64,000 nucleotides of DNA from Podospora anserina (Eukaryota): the NCBI GenBank assembly GCA_017654855.1, contig CM030335.1:2232001-2296000 (forward strand), in the 5' to 3' direction. Shown one piece after another: positions 50,158 to 62,307 of this stretch. The position numbers and the translations under genes were made by a program. Below the pieces are notes generated by a model. The model saw only the letters and a program-made list of their open reading frames with translations. It did not search any database and had not been told where the DNA came from. Positions within the stretch are counted from its first letter, which is position 1. The number at the start of each line of letters is the position of its first letter.

Positions 50158-51997
50158 CTAAAACCTCCTCCCCAAATCCACCTCCCTAACCAACTCCATC
50201 CCCTTCACCTCCTCCCCCTCCTCCCCCGTCACAAACGGCCTAACAGCCCTATCAACCACACCCCTCCAAAACCCCTCCACCACCCCCGTCAACCTCCCCG
50301 TCTGCTTAAAATCCGGAAAACTATTCACCTCCAACAACCACACATTTTCCTTCCCATCCACCAAAAAATCAACCCCCCAAACCTCAAACCCCTGCTCCAG
50401 CGGCTGAAAGTGAACCATCATCTCCCTCGCCGCCGCCTCAAACACCTCCCCCGTCACACTCCTAACCTGCTCCCAAATCCTCTCCTTCTGCCCATCCGGC
50501 AAATCATCAACACTCAAATCCCAAAACCGACGCACAGAATCATTATACTCCGGCTCGCCCTGCAAACACGTATTCGTCAAATGCCCCTCCAGACCCTCCA
50601 CCCCCATCTCAGGGGGAAAAGAATATTCCTTGCTCGCAAAAAGCGCCAGCACATCCCTGTAAACATAAACCCTCATCGCCCCGACGGTGAGAGCATACAC
50701 CCGGAGGTGAAACTTCCTGTTTCCCATGCTAGGGAGGAGCAAAGGGGGGTGGATGTACGGTTGGGCGATGAAGTGCCTCAGATGGCTCGTCATGATCCCA
50801 TCCCCCTCCTCTTCCCCCCCCTCACCACCCCCTTCCTCCCCCTCGTCATCAGACTCGGGCTCCCACCCATCAAAAATCCCCTGCAGCTCCTCCATCGTGC
50901 TAAACAGCCTGATCCCCTGCCCCCTATCACTCATCCCCGGCTTCAAAATCCACCACTCCCTCTCCTCTTCTTCCTCCTTCTCCGCGTTCCTCTCCATACT
51001 CTCGTTCAAATCCCACGCTTCAACCAAGGCATCGTCCAAAAACTCGGCAAAATCAACCTCAAACGCCTCAGATCTCTTGACATGATCCTTTAGCACCGAG
51101 TCCGGGTTCTTGACGAGATAGTTCTCCACTGTCTTGGCCAGGTAATGCTTCCTGATGAGCGCCTTGCGGATCATGTAACTATTAACAAGAGAAGTGGCAG
51201 GGTGGGAGGAGATGTAGTCAAAATCAAGAGATTCATATGGCATAATCTGCAGGACTTTGGCCTCGGGAAAAGGAAGCAGCGAAGGGAGGGAGATGTCCGG
51301 GTTGGTGTTGGCGTCCCAGGTGGACGGGGTGGGGAGGTATGTCAGTGACCCCTCTGGGAGGAGGGAGGAGAGGGCCGAGGTGATGAGTGGTTGGACGTAG
51401 GTGTCGCCGTAGTTGACGAGGGCGTAGACTGGCGGTTTGGCGTCCTCGGGGGGGTGGATCGGGAGAGTTGTCGTCGTCGTCGTCGCCGTCGCCGTCGTCG
51501 TGGCTGGGGCATCCTCGGTTTTGGTCGACTCTGCCTCAGTCTTGGTGTTGTTGGTTGACTCCTGCTCATTGGCGGCGGTGACACCAAAAGTTGAGCTTCT
51601 AGATGGACCCCTGAACAAAAGAAATGGTAAGAATATAGTCTTTTACGAAAACTCCAAAGCAAAGCAAAGGACAGAGCGGTTGGTTTGGGTCTTTTCTATT
51701 TTGGATAGAATGCCTCTATGCTCTATCTGATCATCATTATGGCGTTGTGTTTGGCGTGTAATCATCCCTCATTTGCTGCCGTACTGTTCATATCCGACTC
51801 TTCATCTGTCCTGTCTCTTTCTCTTTTCTCTGTCTCTTTCTTTTGCGTGCTTCAACAAACCAGGGTATGTTCACTTACAGTTGCAACTCTCCGCCATGAA
51901 GGTGGGTAGCAGCCTGGAAGAAGTTGGCTTTCAGGGGCGTAATACTATCATCATCAAAGTTAGCTTTCCATCCACACCCATCACAACTCATCAACTC

Positions 51998-52037
<40 letters not shown>

Positions 52038-52976
52038 ATACCTCGTATGCCCCTCTTTAACAGCCCACCCATCATTCCCCGGCCCCGCCTCATCCACACT
52101 CTTGTAAACATCCGTAAACCTCGGACTCCACTTGAAATGCTTATGCGTATGCACCCCCCCCTTCACCAACATCCCCCCTTCCTCCCCCTCCTTCTCAGGA
52201 CTCTTCTCCCCCTCTCTAATCCTCTCCTCATCCTCCACCTCCCCATCCACACTCCCATCCACCTCGGTAAAACAACTCCCCTCCCCCCAATAATTCTGCA
52301 ACATCCCCGTCCAGAGCACCCTCCCCCCCTCCAACCCCTCCACCAACGGCACATTAACACTATACAAATCCACACTCCCATCCTCCGGCCACTGCTTCCA
52401 AAGCGCCTCAATCACCCTCACACTTTGCCTCGACGCCTTCAAAATAATCTCCGTATCATGATTCCTCGTGAAAAAGGCATAACTCAACGCCACCGCCCTG
52501 CGCTTACAAACCGCCGCCTCCAACGCTCCCCCCAACGTCCCACTGCTCAACGCAAAAACAGCCGTGGAGTTCCTCCCGTAGTTCGGTCCCGAAACCACCA
52601 AATCCACCGGACCGCGGTCTTGAAAAAAGTGGTACAGCCCAATCTGGACGCACGACGCAGGCGTCCCGTCGACGAGGATCCACTCCTCCGTCCCAGGGAC
52701 GGACGACGGTCTCGTGTGCGTGGTGCCGTGGCTGTCGTTCCGTTCGTCCTCGTGGACCAACCCCGCGGCCGGCTCGGAGAGGGGGGGGGGCCGGTAGTAG
52801 AGCGGCTTGACGGTCTGGCCGATCATGTGCGCTTTGCCTATCCATGAGCGTTGCGTGTGCGGGAGGCAGACGCTGACAGTGTGTCCGTAGTCCTGGAGGG
52901 TTCGGACAAGGGAGTGGACGTAGGGGGACGAGTGAGGGGAGGGAGGCCCGTCGTCGTTGGTGACTAGGATGTGCAT
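50158..52976 (-). CDS. pby1: PBY1-like SurE nucleotidase / tubulin-tyrosine-ligase-like (ATP-grasp) fusion
   Basis: SurE motifs HILVTNDDG, VDGTPASC, VSGPNYGRN and SSGTLG. Introns 52041-51945 and 51878-51611 join in frame to the TTL domain (WILKPGMSDRGQGI, RKFHLR, HLTNTC, LLEVN). Confidence 0.9.
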
Positions 52977-53932
52977 TTTTCTTTGCTTGCTTGTTTGCTA
53001 TCGTCGAAACTCGAGATTGATGTTGAGGGGTTACAAACGGGAAACGAGCAAGAGGGGCAGAGAGATAACAAGCAGTATATAGTTCTGTTGATAAGAAAAG
53101 CCCAGTAAAAAAAAAAAAGTTAACAAAAAGAAGAAAAGAAACTCGGCCTTTTATCTAATGGTTTGTCAGGTTTACTTAACAGCAACACGAAAGCTGCCCC
53201 TCCATTGACGTTTTTTTTTAGCCCGGTCATGTCGGGTCGACTGGGCAGCGTTGTTCGTTGACAAGCCCAAGGAGAAGTGCGGGGGTGGGGTCACTCATAA
53301 TCGATTACGCCGGAGTGGGGATCAAAGTCAAGTCGAGTGAGTTCAAGTGACAACAACAAAAATGTTCTTGATTGGCTTGCCTGTGTTTCTGTTGCTGTGC
53401 TTCAACTAATCTACAAATATTGACGTAGCGCATTCCCAGCTACCCGATTCTTCCTAATTCTGACATGACCCAACAATCAATCAATCCCATCCATCCCTTC
53501 ATAGACTCCTCATGTCCCACGATTAGACAAGCCCAAAACCCTCAAGTGTGATAACAACCAAGTGTGTTCAAGGACTCCCCCCCATCCCCTTTCGATACCC
53601 TTGCGTACTGGTGTCATCAAGGTTATCCCCGTCGTCGTCGTGAAGAAAGGACAGGAAACAAAAAGAAAAAAAAAGGAAAAAAAAAAGAAACGAAAAAAGG
53701 GCAATAAAACTCTTATGTCGTGAGCTCAATATGGCTTCACAACCCAGCTGAAGAATAATAACGAGAATGTAGAATGCATGCTGTTAACCTATGCCGAAAA
53801 GAAAGAACCCAAAACAAGATAACCCGTAATTGCATTTGCCAAACTCCGAACCAATGTCGCCAAACTTTGTCGTCGAATATCAGATGGGAGTTTTTTCTGC
53901 CGAAAACCTGCGCCAACAACACCTAAGCCAAA

Positions 53933-55305
53933 TCAAATCCTAGCACGCTTTGATGGGCCGGCCACAGGCAGAGGCTCTGCAGACCGTTTCTGGCTGGTGG
54001 TTGTGGGGGAAACGCCAGCCTTGGTTTGACGCCAGCCCTTAATTGTGGCTTGCTTGCTGGCTTGCTTGCCCCTCGACGCCGCTGTTGGTGTGGCCTTCTT
54101 GCGAGTGGCACGCACTGTGGTGGGCGGCGAGGCTGGAGCAAAACGCGGGGCCTCGGGCGTACCGGGAACCTTCTCGACTGCTTCGGCTGGGGTGATTGGG
54201 AGAGTTTGGGCGGCTTCCTCAACCACGTGGTCCTCGATGTCGGTCTCCGCCTCTTCATCTTCAATCGAGATGGCGGGCACATCGGGCTTGGCAACAGGGA
54301 AGAGGAGTCTGGGCTTGACACTGGCGCGGGTGAGTCTTCTCACGGGCGCCTCGACAGCACTTTCCAAACCACCCTCGATATTCTCTGAGGCGCGCTTCTT
54401 GAAGAGGTGGAATTGCTTCTTGCCACGGCTGTTTCTTGTGTTAGCCGAGTGCACTGATGAAAACACAAACAGGGAGCGACGACTTACAATACGGTGACCA
54501 AACCATCCTCGCGCTGAATGGCCTCTTCAATTGTGATCTGGCCTTCGCCGGGAACACTGACCATCTGGCGCTGGCTGCGGCGAGGAGCCGAGGGGGCAGC
54601 GGCCCTTGAGGGCTCGACATAGAAGGGGTTGTCAATGCTGCGGTCGACCTCGGGAATGCGCTCATGCGAGTCGACGTGGATATGGAACGACTCATCCGAG
54701 CCTTGCTCAGTGAAGCTGTCCAAGGTGTGGGCCTGGGTGCGGGCCCTTCTAGGGGAGGGCATGACCTCATCCTCGGCGCGGAACAGGGTGCGGGCAAACG
54801 CTTCCACCTTGGCCTTGGACTCCTCGGTAGGAGGCTTCTGGGGGGTCTTGGCGGGGGTGATTAGCATCCCGGTGCTGCTGCTGGCGACAGTGGTGCGAGG
54901 CGCAAGAAGGCCGGCTGACTTCTTGGTGAAGCCAAGGGCAGAGGCGGCATCGGAAACACTGGCGGCGGTGAGGGTGCGACGAGGAGAATCCATGGCGGCG
55001 ATGCGCTTCTTTTGAAGGGAAAGGCTTGGTGTGCCCATGGTCGACTTCTTCTTTTGGTTGATTGACTTGGGAGAACCCTCTGAAGTTTCCTCGGGCCGGT
55101 CGGAATGTTGCTGATGTTGGCGACGCGATGATGGAACTCTGGGAGAGGGAGTTCGGTTGGCAGCGCGGTTGGCAATACGGGATGACTTGCGAGGAGTGTA
55201 AGGCTCGTAGGAGTCGGAGTAGCCCAGGTGAGGGGCAGGAGGAGTTCTGACTCTGGAGCTGGGAGAAGGAGTCGCCGGGTAGGGTGGCTCCATGATTTCC
55301 GCCAT
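53933..55305 (-). CDS. Hypothetical low-complexity protein rich in S/T-P (CDK-type) sites
   Basis: Two ORFs joined by intron 54487-54429 (GTAAGT...GCTAAC...CAG), giving DGLVTVFRGKK. Motifs LITPAKTP and VKPRLLFP. Confidence 0.8.
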
Positions 55306-56239
55306 TGTTCGATTGCTTTGAATAGAGAGACAGACGTCAATTGAATTGGCAGTGGGGAGCAGGTGACTATTGTCGTTGTTGTTGTTGTTATTGTGAGGGC
55401 GCAGAATGGAGTGGGCGCGAAGTGAGGGTGCTCCCAGGCGGGATGAAAATGCGTGGTCGGCGGCGGGTGGTGGTACGGATCAAAGAGAGTCGCAAGAGCC
55501 CAAGAGTCGCAAGGTGAGAGGTTGGACGGCGAGGTGAGGTTGCGTGACAGCGACAGCGATGTTCAAATCAACAAATCGCGCAAGGTAGCAGGTGATCGTG
55601 TTGATGTTGACAAGTCAAACAAGCGACTCGCACCGGGGCAACAAACACAGCAACTCCTAGGATTCCCTAGTAAAATAAAATATGGGAGGGTTATGGAGGA
55701 GGACTGAAGCGTTTGGCAAGTCTCAGGGTTTGACACGATTGGAAAATTGTGATGCTGGATGGAGAGGTTGGAGCAGGAAAACGGGCGGATGCAAAGAAGG
55801 GGCTGGGACAAGTGGGACTGGGAGCCCTTGATGAGGATTGATTGGACAATAATCTCCATCCCATCCCTGTCCTCTCTCTTAAGACGCGCTCTCGACGTGT
55901 CAGTCTCGCGTTTTTTGCAGCCCTGCCTGCCCAATGGAACCCCAACGGCCAGCCCCCCACCACTTTGGCTAGCCAATACCGCTGTAACAGCGCATTTGTG
56001 GGGTGGTCGAACTGGACCTGCAGCAAAAACATCAACGTCATCCCATGAGCCTTACCAGAATCAGACCTGCCCGCCGTCAATCACTATCAAAGCCGAGACA
56101 TAGTCCAGCCTTACGGATGCCACACGCTGAAATAGAGACATACAATTGACAGCCTCAGCCTTGTCCACCACCACCACAACCACCACCACCACCATCACCA
56201 CCACAAGAACATACAACCCCACACAAACCAAACATCACC

Positions 56240-57094
56240 ATGCCCTCCCACCACCGCTATCCCTCCTCCCCCAAACTACCCCCCTCCTCAGACGATGAAT
56301 TCTCCTTCTCCGAAGTCCAATCCACCACCCCCTCCCGTCCACCCCCTTCTTCCCGCCAGCAATCCCAATCCCAATACCCCCCCTCCAAACCAAAAACCCC
56401 CATCACCCACAATGCCGCCCCCTCATCCCCGGACGACCCGGAAACAAAAGAAGCAACCCTCCAACGCGAACTCCAAGGCGTCCGCGCAATCAACACAGCC
56501 ATCGAATCCATAATCTCAACCCTCGAGCGAGCAAAAGGCAACATGGGTGTATGTACCCCTTACCTAGGTCAAACCCACAAGGCTAACTTCCTACAGACCG
56601 TCTCCCAAACCGTCACCAACGCCTCCACTCTCCTCAACACCTGGACCCGCATCCTCTCCCAAACCGAACACAACCAACGCCTGATCCTCAGCCCAAACTG
56701 GAAAGGCGCATCAGGCGACATAGCCGACATGGAGCACGAAGCCCTCCTCAAACAGCAAGAAGAGGAGCGCAGAGCAAGAGAGGCAGAGAGGAGGAGGGAG
56801 GAGGCGAGGAGGAAGGCTGAGGAGGAAGAAAGAAAGCGCGCTGCTGGGACGGTGTCAGCAGGTAGTGGGACGACAAGGGGGAGGGGGTTGGCTAGGGGGA
56901 CCACGACGGGAAGAGGGAGGGGGGCCGGGTTGGTTAGGAGCACCTCTTCTGCTGGGAGGACTACAACCGGAACTGGGATTGCCAGGGGGGGGGGTAGTAC
57001 CTCCTCGAGAGGGACGAGCGGGATTGGGAGGGGGGGTTTTGGGTATGGGCGGGTTGGGGCGCCCGGGACGAGGGGGGCTAGGAAGGAGACTTGA
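56240..57094 (+). CDS. duo1: DASH/Dam1 complex subunit Duo1
   Basis: LQRELQGVRAIN...TVTNASTLLNTWTRILSQTEHNQRLIL.PNWKGA. In-frame 48-nt intron 56549-56596. Confidence 0.88.
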   Translation: MPSHHRYPSSPKLPPSSDDEFSFSEVQSTTPSRPPPSSRQQSQSQYPPSKPKTPITHNAAPSSPDDPETKEATLQRELQGVRAINTAIESIISTLERAKGNMGVCTPYLGQTHKANFLQTVSQTVTNASTLLNTWTRILSQTEHNQRLILSPNWKGASGDIADMEHEALLKQQEEERRAREAERRREEARRKAEEEERKRAAGTVSAGSGTTRGRGLARGTTTGRGRGAGLVRSTSSAGRTTTGTGIARGGGSTSSRGTSGIGRGGFGYGRVGAPGTRGARKET

Positions 57095-57304
57095 TCGAGG
57101 TCATATCACACCTAAATATTGAGGAAGAAAATAAAATCGGAATAATATTATTTTGATCAGGCTGATAAATTTCAACGCCGGATTTTACCCCTTCGCCCAA
57201 AAAAAAAAAAAAAAATAAAATAAAATAAATAAATCCTGTCCAAACGTCTGATCCAGTACAGTTACCGAACATATACACCTGATCCTCTACACACATCATA
57301 CAAC

Positions 57305-58597
57305 CTAAGCCTTCTTAAAAAACGCAGACAACTTCATCATCCCCGCGGTATTAACCTTGGCCAGCTGCTTCACCCCCCTGCTCGTATTCGCCTTCTTCAC
57401 CTTTTCCTCCTGCTCCATCTTGCGCTTCTTCTCCAGCCTCTCATCATCGTCCTCGTCTCTGGCGCGTTTCCCTCCATTAATGTCAATATTTCTCGAAGCA
57501 GCCGCTTCGGTCCGGAGTTTGGACAGTTTTGTCAGATACTCCTCCAATTCTGTGAACGTTTCAGATGGAAGGGATGATAGCACGGTTTTGGAGAGAAAAG
57601 GGGGGAGGTAGGACGAAAGAATAAAGTTGAGGGATGTGCGCAGTCGTTGGAGGGAGATGGTGGCTGGGGAGGCGGTTATTGCTGGGGCAAAAGCTGGTTC
57701 GGGGGCTTCTTCGGTGGCTGGGGTTGTGACGGCTGTTGAGGGGGTTGTACCACTGCTGGTGGTGACGGTAGATTGGGACTCTGAGGCGGATGGGGAGGCG
57801 GTTTCTTCTGGGGAAGAGGTGGAGGTGGTTGGTGGTGGTGGTGGTGGTGGTGGTTGGTCTTTGACTACCCCCATGACTGGCGCCTCCAACGCCTTTTTGA
57901 TAAACTTCTCTTCCATGCTTGGGGGGAGGTTCTCGGCCATTTTGCTGGCTTTGGAGAGGATGATGGTGGAGAGTTTGGATTCGTTGGGGCGGTACATTTT
58001 GTCGTCGCCCATTTCGACAAGGTCGCATACGCTGGCTAGACGGGCTTCGAGGACTTTTTCGATGCGGCTGTTGGGGAGGGTGAGGATCTCGGAGAAGTGC
58101 CGGTCTGTGTTAGGGATTAGGTCTAGGTAGTCGTCTAGGGAGAGGTATTGACGTTGTTGGTTGTCGGATTTGGAGTTGGAGGAGGACTTGAAGAGGGCTG
58201 GGAGGAGGAGGAATAAGGGGTCGTAGGGGGTTGCGAGGTAGAGGTCGGGGGATTGAATGGTTTGAGATTCTAGAGCGGGCTCCTTTTCGGATTTCTCGCT
58301 TGAGAGCAGCCAGCTTCGGGGGGTGGATTTGTTTGGGGGTGCGGCTTTGGTGAACTCGTAGAAGGAGCCGGTTTCTGGGCAGACGAGATATCGGGTTGGA
58401 TTGCCATATCGAGGGTTCTCGAGGGTGATGATGCGTGCTGAGGAGGAGGTGTTCTTGGGGAGGACGAAGAGCTTCGGTGGGTTGGTTGACTCGGCGGGCA
58501 GAGTATATGTAGATGTTGAGGCGGCTTTGGCTGTTGTCGAAGCGGTTTTATCGGCGCTCGTCGAGGCAGGGCCGCCTTTTGATCGTGTTCGTGCCAT
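57305..58597 (-). CDS. rnh202: Ribonuclease H2 subunit B (Ydr279/Rnh202 family)
   Basis: KLFVLP, PRSWLL, ATPYDPLFLLLP, and a C-terminal LAKVNTAGMMKLSAFF PIP-box. Confidence 0.88.
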   Translation of the reverse strand: MARTRSKGGPASTSADKTASTTAKAASTSTYTLPAESTNPPKLFVLPKNTSSSARIITLENPRYGNPTRYLVCPETGSFYEFTKAAPPNKSTPRSWLLSSEKSEKEPALESQTIQSPDLYLATPYDPLFLLLPALFKSSSNSKSDNQQRQYLSLDDYLDLIPNTDRHFSEILTLPNSRIEKVLEARLASVCDLVEMGDDKMYRPNESKLSTIILSKASKMAENLPPSMEEKFIKKALEAPVMGVVKDQPPPPPPPPTTSTSSPEETASPSASESQSTVTTSSGTTPSTAVTTPATEEAPEPAFAPAITASPATISLQRLRTSLNFILSSYLPPFLSKTVLSSLPSETFTELEEYLTKLSKLRTEAAASRNIDINGGKRARDEDDDERLEKKRKMEQEEKVKKANTSRGVKQLAKVNTAGMMKLSAFFKKA

Positions 58598-58751
58598 AGT
58601 ACGGTTGAATGAATGTGAAGTCCAAAATCCAAAATCGCCCTTCTATGCCTATCGCATTGGTCCAAGATAGATGCCGCAGGTAGATTTCTTGTAGTATAGT
58701 GTACGGAGAAGAGTAGCTGCTTAAGCGCAATCCCTGCAATTAAAAGAGAAG

Positions 58752-58839
58752 ACGCGTCACGGCCGTTTTAAGACGCGTCGCGCTATAGTGCTTCCACCCC
58801 CTGTCAAGCGGGCGCACTAAGCTAAGCCAGCTTTTCGCG
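58752..58839. promoter_or_regulatory. MCB (ACGCGT) x2 plus an SCB-like site in the RNH202/MCM10 divergent promoter
   Basis: ACGCGT at 58752-58757 and 58773-58778, both inside AAGACGCGTC. TTTCGCG at 58833-58839. Confidence 0.7.
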
Positions 58840-59316
58840 AATTCCTCCCACTGGCATCACACCCGCCGGACATCCCACACCACACAACGTACCCAGAACA
58901 CACACCTTATCGACCCAGCCATTGGGCTTATCGGTTTTCTACAGCGGCTTTTTCGATACCTCTATTGGAAAGTAAACAACATAACTCAATCCTGAAAACG
59001 GATTATCGCCTGGTACATGATCTTCTGCAGCCCGCCGGCCATGTCGTTCATGTCCCACAGTAATTGGTCGATATAGCGGGCAGTAACCCTGGCACAGCAG
59101 GAGCTGGCAGAGAACAACTCTTCCTGCATATGCGCTTGCTCCTGCATACTACCTACTACATACATACATCTGTCCCGAATAAACAAGCCCAAGTTCACCT
59201 CACCCACCCTCTCCCGACCAAGTCCCAAGGAATAGTTGGTTATTTGCGCACATCGAAATCCACGCCAAGGCAGCCCTTGACGCAGTCCGGCGTGCGACTA
59301 CCACCCCCCCAAAGTT

Positions 59317-61935
59317 ATGGCCGCCCAGTGGCCCCCGAGATCGCCCCGCGAAGCCCTCCTCAGCACTCCCGGCGGACGAGAAAAACTGCGTCGCTTGGCT
59401 GACCGCTCCTCTCCCTCACCATCACCCTCCAAACTCCGAAACTCGCGATCGCAACCATCCCTGGGAATGGGCGAACAACCAATGTACGACGGCGCAATGG
59501 ACCTGGACGACGAGGAGGAGGATGAGGAGATGTTGCAGCTCAAGCTTCAGGCGATCCAGGCAAAGCTGAAGCTGAAGAAGCTCCAGGCGGCAAGGGCACA
59601 CAAAAAAGCGTCTTCCCTGTCAGAACCTGGGCCACAAAATGGAGGAGCAGTTGGAGCAGGCGTTACGAGAGAGATTCCCTTTCAGTCAAGACTGGCATTG
59701 GCCCGGGAAAGGATAGAAAGACCACCAACACAAGCCCCTGTTGAAGTTCCAGCCTCTCCAGTCCGGAAGTCGGCGACAATGTCGAATCTGGACGCCTCTC
59801 CGAAACGAGTTCTGCTAGGCATTGACAAGGGACGAAAAGCAACCGAGATGTCACTGAAGCGACCGGCAAGTCAGAGGCAGTTGGGAACCAACAACCACCA
59901 GCAGACCCAGAGCGGGAGCGGCATGTCCAACTTTCCCCGGCGCGCGAAATCACCAGAAGCCGCCCGCCCTCTCAGTTTCAACGAGCGTCTTGCTTCAGCC
60001 AGGACAGAGGAAGCCGCCCGTCAGGAACAAGCGAAGAGAGTCCAAAAAGCGAGGAGCACAGCGTTCAGCATTGGCAGGCAGGAAATGGAGGAGTATAAAG
60101 CCAAAGCGGAGGACTTGCCAGAGGTGCCGTATAAGCCGGATGAGCTCTCGCGAGATCAGCTGTTGTCTGCGCTTGGGAGAACAAACAGCACTGCCACTGC
60201 GCCTACCGGTGCACCGACGGGATACCTGAGGAGAAGTCGGACTGCTTCTGACTTGCGCAACACCATCACCACGAAGAACCCAAATGCGGACTCGTCAGAC
60301 TTGTTTCTTGGCCCGTCATCAGTCAGCTCGTCGTTTTCTGCCCCGGCGAACAACAACAACAACAACGCGAGTGACTCGTCTTTCGAGATCTTTTCTAGCT
60401 TTCACCTCTCTAAACGGATATTACCCCACCCTGTTTTGGCGAGGGCGGTTTCGTCAAAGAAGATATACCAGCTTAAAGACCTACTCAAGCACGTCAAGGC
60501 CCCTGATTGGAGTCTGCCGGATGTAGAGTCGGATATTGTCGTGTTTGCGATTTTGGCATCGAAATCCGACCCGAGGTCTCACCGGCCCGGACCGAGCGGG
60601 ACGCAGTCTGATAGGGGGAAGTACATGGTGCTCACGCTGGTTGATTTGCAGTTTGAGGTCGAGCTGTTTCTCTTCAACAGCGGGTTTGACCGGTTCTACA
60701 AACTGACGCCCGGGACGGTGGTGGCGATTCTGAACCCGAGTGTTTTGCCGCCGCCGAAGGGGAGGGAGGATACGGGGAGGTTTGGGCTGGTGATTAATAG
60801 TGATGAGGATACGATCTTGGAGGTGGGGAAGGCGAGGGATTTGGGGTACTGCAAGTCGGTGAAGAAGGATGGGCAGCTTTGTAATGGGTGGGTGAATGGG
60901 AGGAGGACGGAGTATTGTGAGTTTCATACGAACGAGGCGGTTAGGAAGGCTAGGGGGGGGAGGATGGAGTTGAACAATACTGTTGGGAGCGGGATGGATG
61001 GGGCGAAGAAGGCTAATTCGAGGGAGTGGTATGGGAAGAAGGAAAAGGATGTGAACCAGGGGTATGATAGGTTTACGGGGACGAAGTATTTTGTCAGTAG
61101 GGGGACGGCGGATGGGGATGATGGGGATGAGATGGGGATGGCGGATCGGGTGGAGAGGCAGGAGGCGCTGAAGAGGAGGTTGTTGAAGAGGGAGAAGGAG
61201 AGGGATATTGCGAGGCAGTTGGGGAGTTGGGGGGGTGGGGCGGGGAAGGATTACATGAGTAGGGCCGCTGGAAAGGGGGGGCAAGGAGGGGGGAGTTTTA
61301 CTAGTTCGACTGTTGGGTCTTCACAAACACAACCGCAGACGGGGAGCTCGGTGAATGGGAGTGGGAGCTTTGGGTCGACGGTGGGGACGAGTTTTGGGAG
61401 TTTGGATGGGGGGGCTGTGATGGGGAGTCAGCAGAGGGAGAGGAGGTATGATGCTGCCGCGTTGGGGTTGACGGGGAGGAGAGGGCAGGACGCGCCGAAG
61501 GTGGAGCTGGGTCCTGTCAAGAGGAAGAGACCGGTGTCTTCGGCCAGTAGCTCGACGGTTAGTACTATGAGTGCGAGTGTCCAGGGGGTGGCGGAGAAGG
61601 CACAGCCAAAGGTGGCGTTGGGATGGGGATCGGGGTTGACGACGAAGTTAGGGAGGATGAGGGAGGGGGAACGCCTAGATGGGAGAAAAATGGAAGTGGA
61701 AAGGTTGATTGCTGCTTCCAGGGCAGCGAGAGACGACAAATCCCCAGTCAGAAAAAAGACGAGATTTGTAACGGAGAAGGGGATACGAGAGGCGGGGAGG
61801 GATAGTTTAGGAGAAGGGTGGGGGGTTTCGGTTGGCAGTGGGACGGCTTTGCCAGCGGCGAGTGTGTTGAGCAGGAGCAGGAGGCGGGTGATGTTGGATG
61901 ATGATGATGACGATGATTTGATTATTGTCAAGTGA
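59317..61935 (+). CDS. mcm10: DNA replication initiation factor Mcm10
   Basis: FSSFHLSKRIL, OB-fold (KYMVLTLVDL, GTVVAILNP, ILEVGKARDLGYC) and CCCH finger CKSVKKDGQLCNGWVNGRRTEYCEFH. Confidence 0.92.
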   Translation: MAAQWPPRSPREALLSTPGGREKLRRLADRSSPSPSPSKLRNSRSQPSLGMGEQPMYDGAMDLDDEEEDEEMLQLKLQAIQAKLKLKKLQAARAHKKASSLSEPGPQNGGAVGAGVTREIPFQSRLALARERIERPPTQAPVEVPASPVRKSATMSNLDASPKRVLLGIDKGRKATEMSLKRPASQRQLGTNNHQQTQSGSGMSNFPRRAKSPEAARPLSFNERLASARTEEAARQEQAKRVQKARSTAFSIGRQEMEEYKAKAEDLPEVPYKPDELSRDQLLSALGRTNSTATAPTGAPTGYLRRSRTASDLRNTITTKNPNADSSDLFLGPSSVSSSFSAPANNNNNNASDSSFEIFSSFHLSKRILPHPVLARAVSSKKIYQLKDLLKHVKAPDWSLPDVESDIVVFAILASKSDPRSHRPGPSGTQSDRGKYMVLTLVDLQFEVELFLFNSGFDRFYKLTPGTVVAILNPSVLPPPKGREDTGRFGLVINSDEDTILEVGKARDLGYCKSVKKDGQLCNGWVNGRRTEYCEFHTNEAVRKARGGRMELNNTVGSGMDGAKKANSREWYGKKEKDVNQGYDRFTGTKYFVSRGTADGDDGDEMGMADRVERQEALKRRLLKREKERDIARQLGSWGGGAGKDYMSRAAGKGGQGGGSFTSSTVGSSQTQPQTGSSVNGSGSFGSTVGTSFGSLDGGAVMGSQQRERRYDAAALGLTGRRGQDAPKVELGPVKRKRPVSSASSSTVSTMSASVQGVAEKAQPKVALGWGSGLTTKLGRMREGERLDGRKMEVERLIAASRAARDDKSPVRKKTRFVTEKGIREAGRDSLGEGWGVSVGSGTALPAASVLSRSRRRVMLDDDDDDDLIIVK

Positions 61936-62307
61936 AAGAGAGGAAGGGGGGTAGAAAAAGATGTTTATGATACAGCACACACACAGTAGATACACAGCGC
62001 ATCCGTGGGCCGTTATTCTGGGTTTGGGGGCTGGGTACATTTGTTTGTATACTACGACTTTGCATGTGGTTGGCATGGCGTTTGAGCTTTTTGATGTTGG
62101 GGATTTGCATGGTCCAAGCATTGTTTGGTAGAGCTTTGAAGTATAAAGCAGAGTGTGCAAGCGTTGATGATGTTTTCTGTGGACTGTTTACTTGAGTGCT
62201 CAACTATGTCTTCTGTGATTTGAGGTTTGCTTGGTGACCCCACGTCGTGGACAAAATAATACAGACTGCAACGCATAATGAAGGGCTTAAAAGATGATAG
62301 AAAACAT

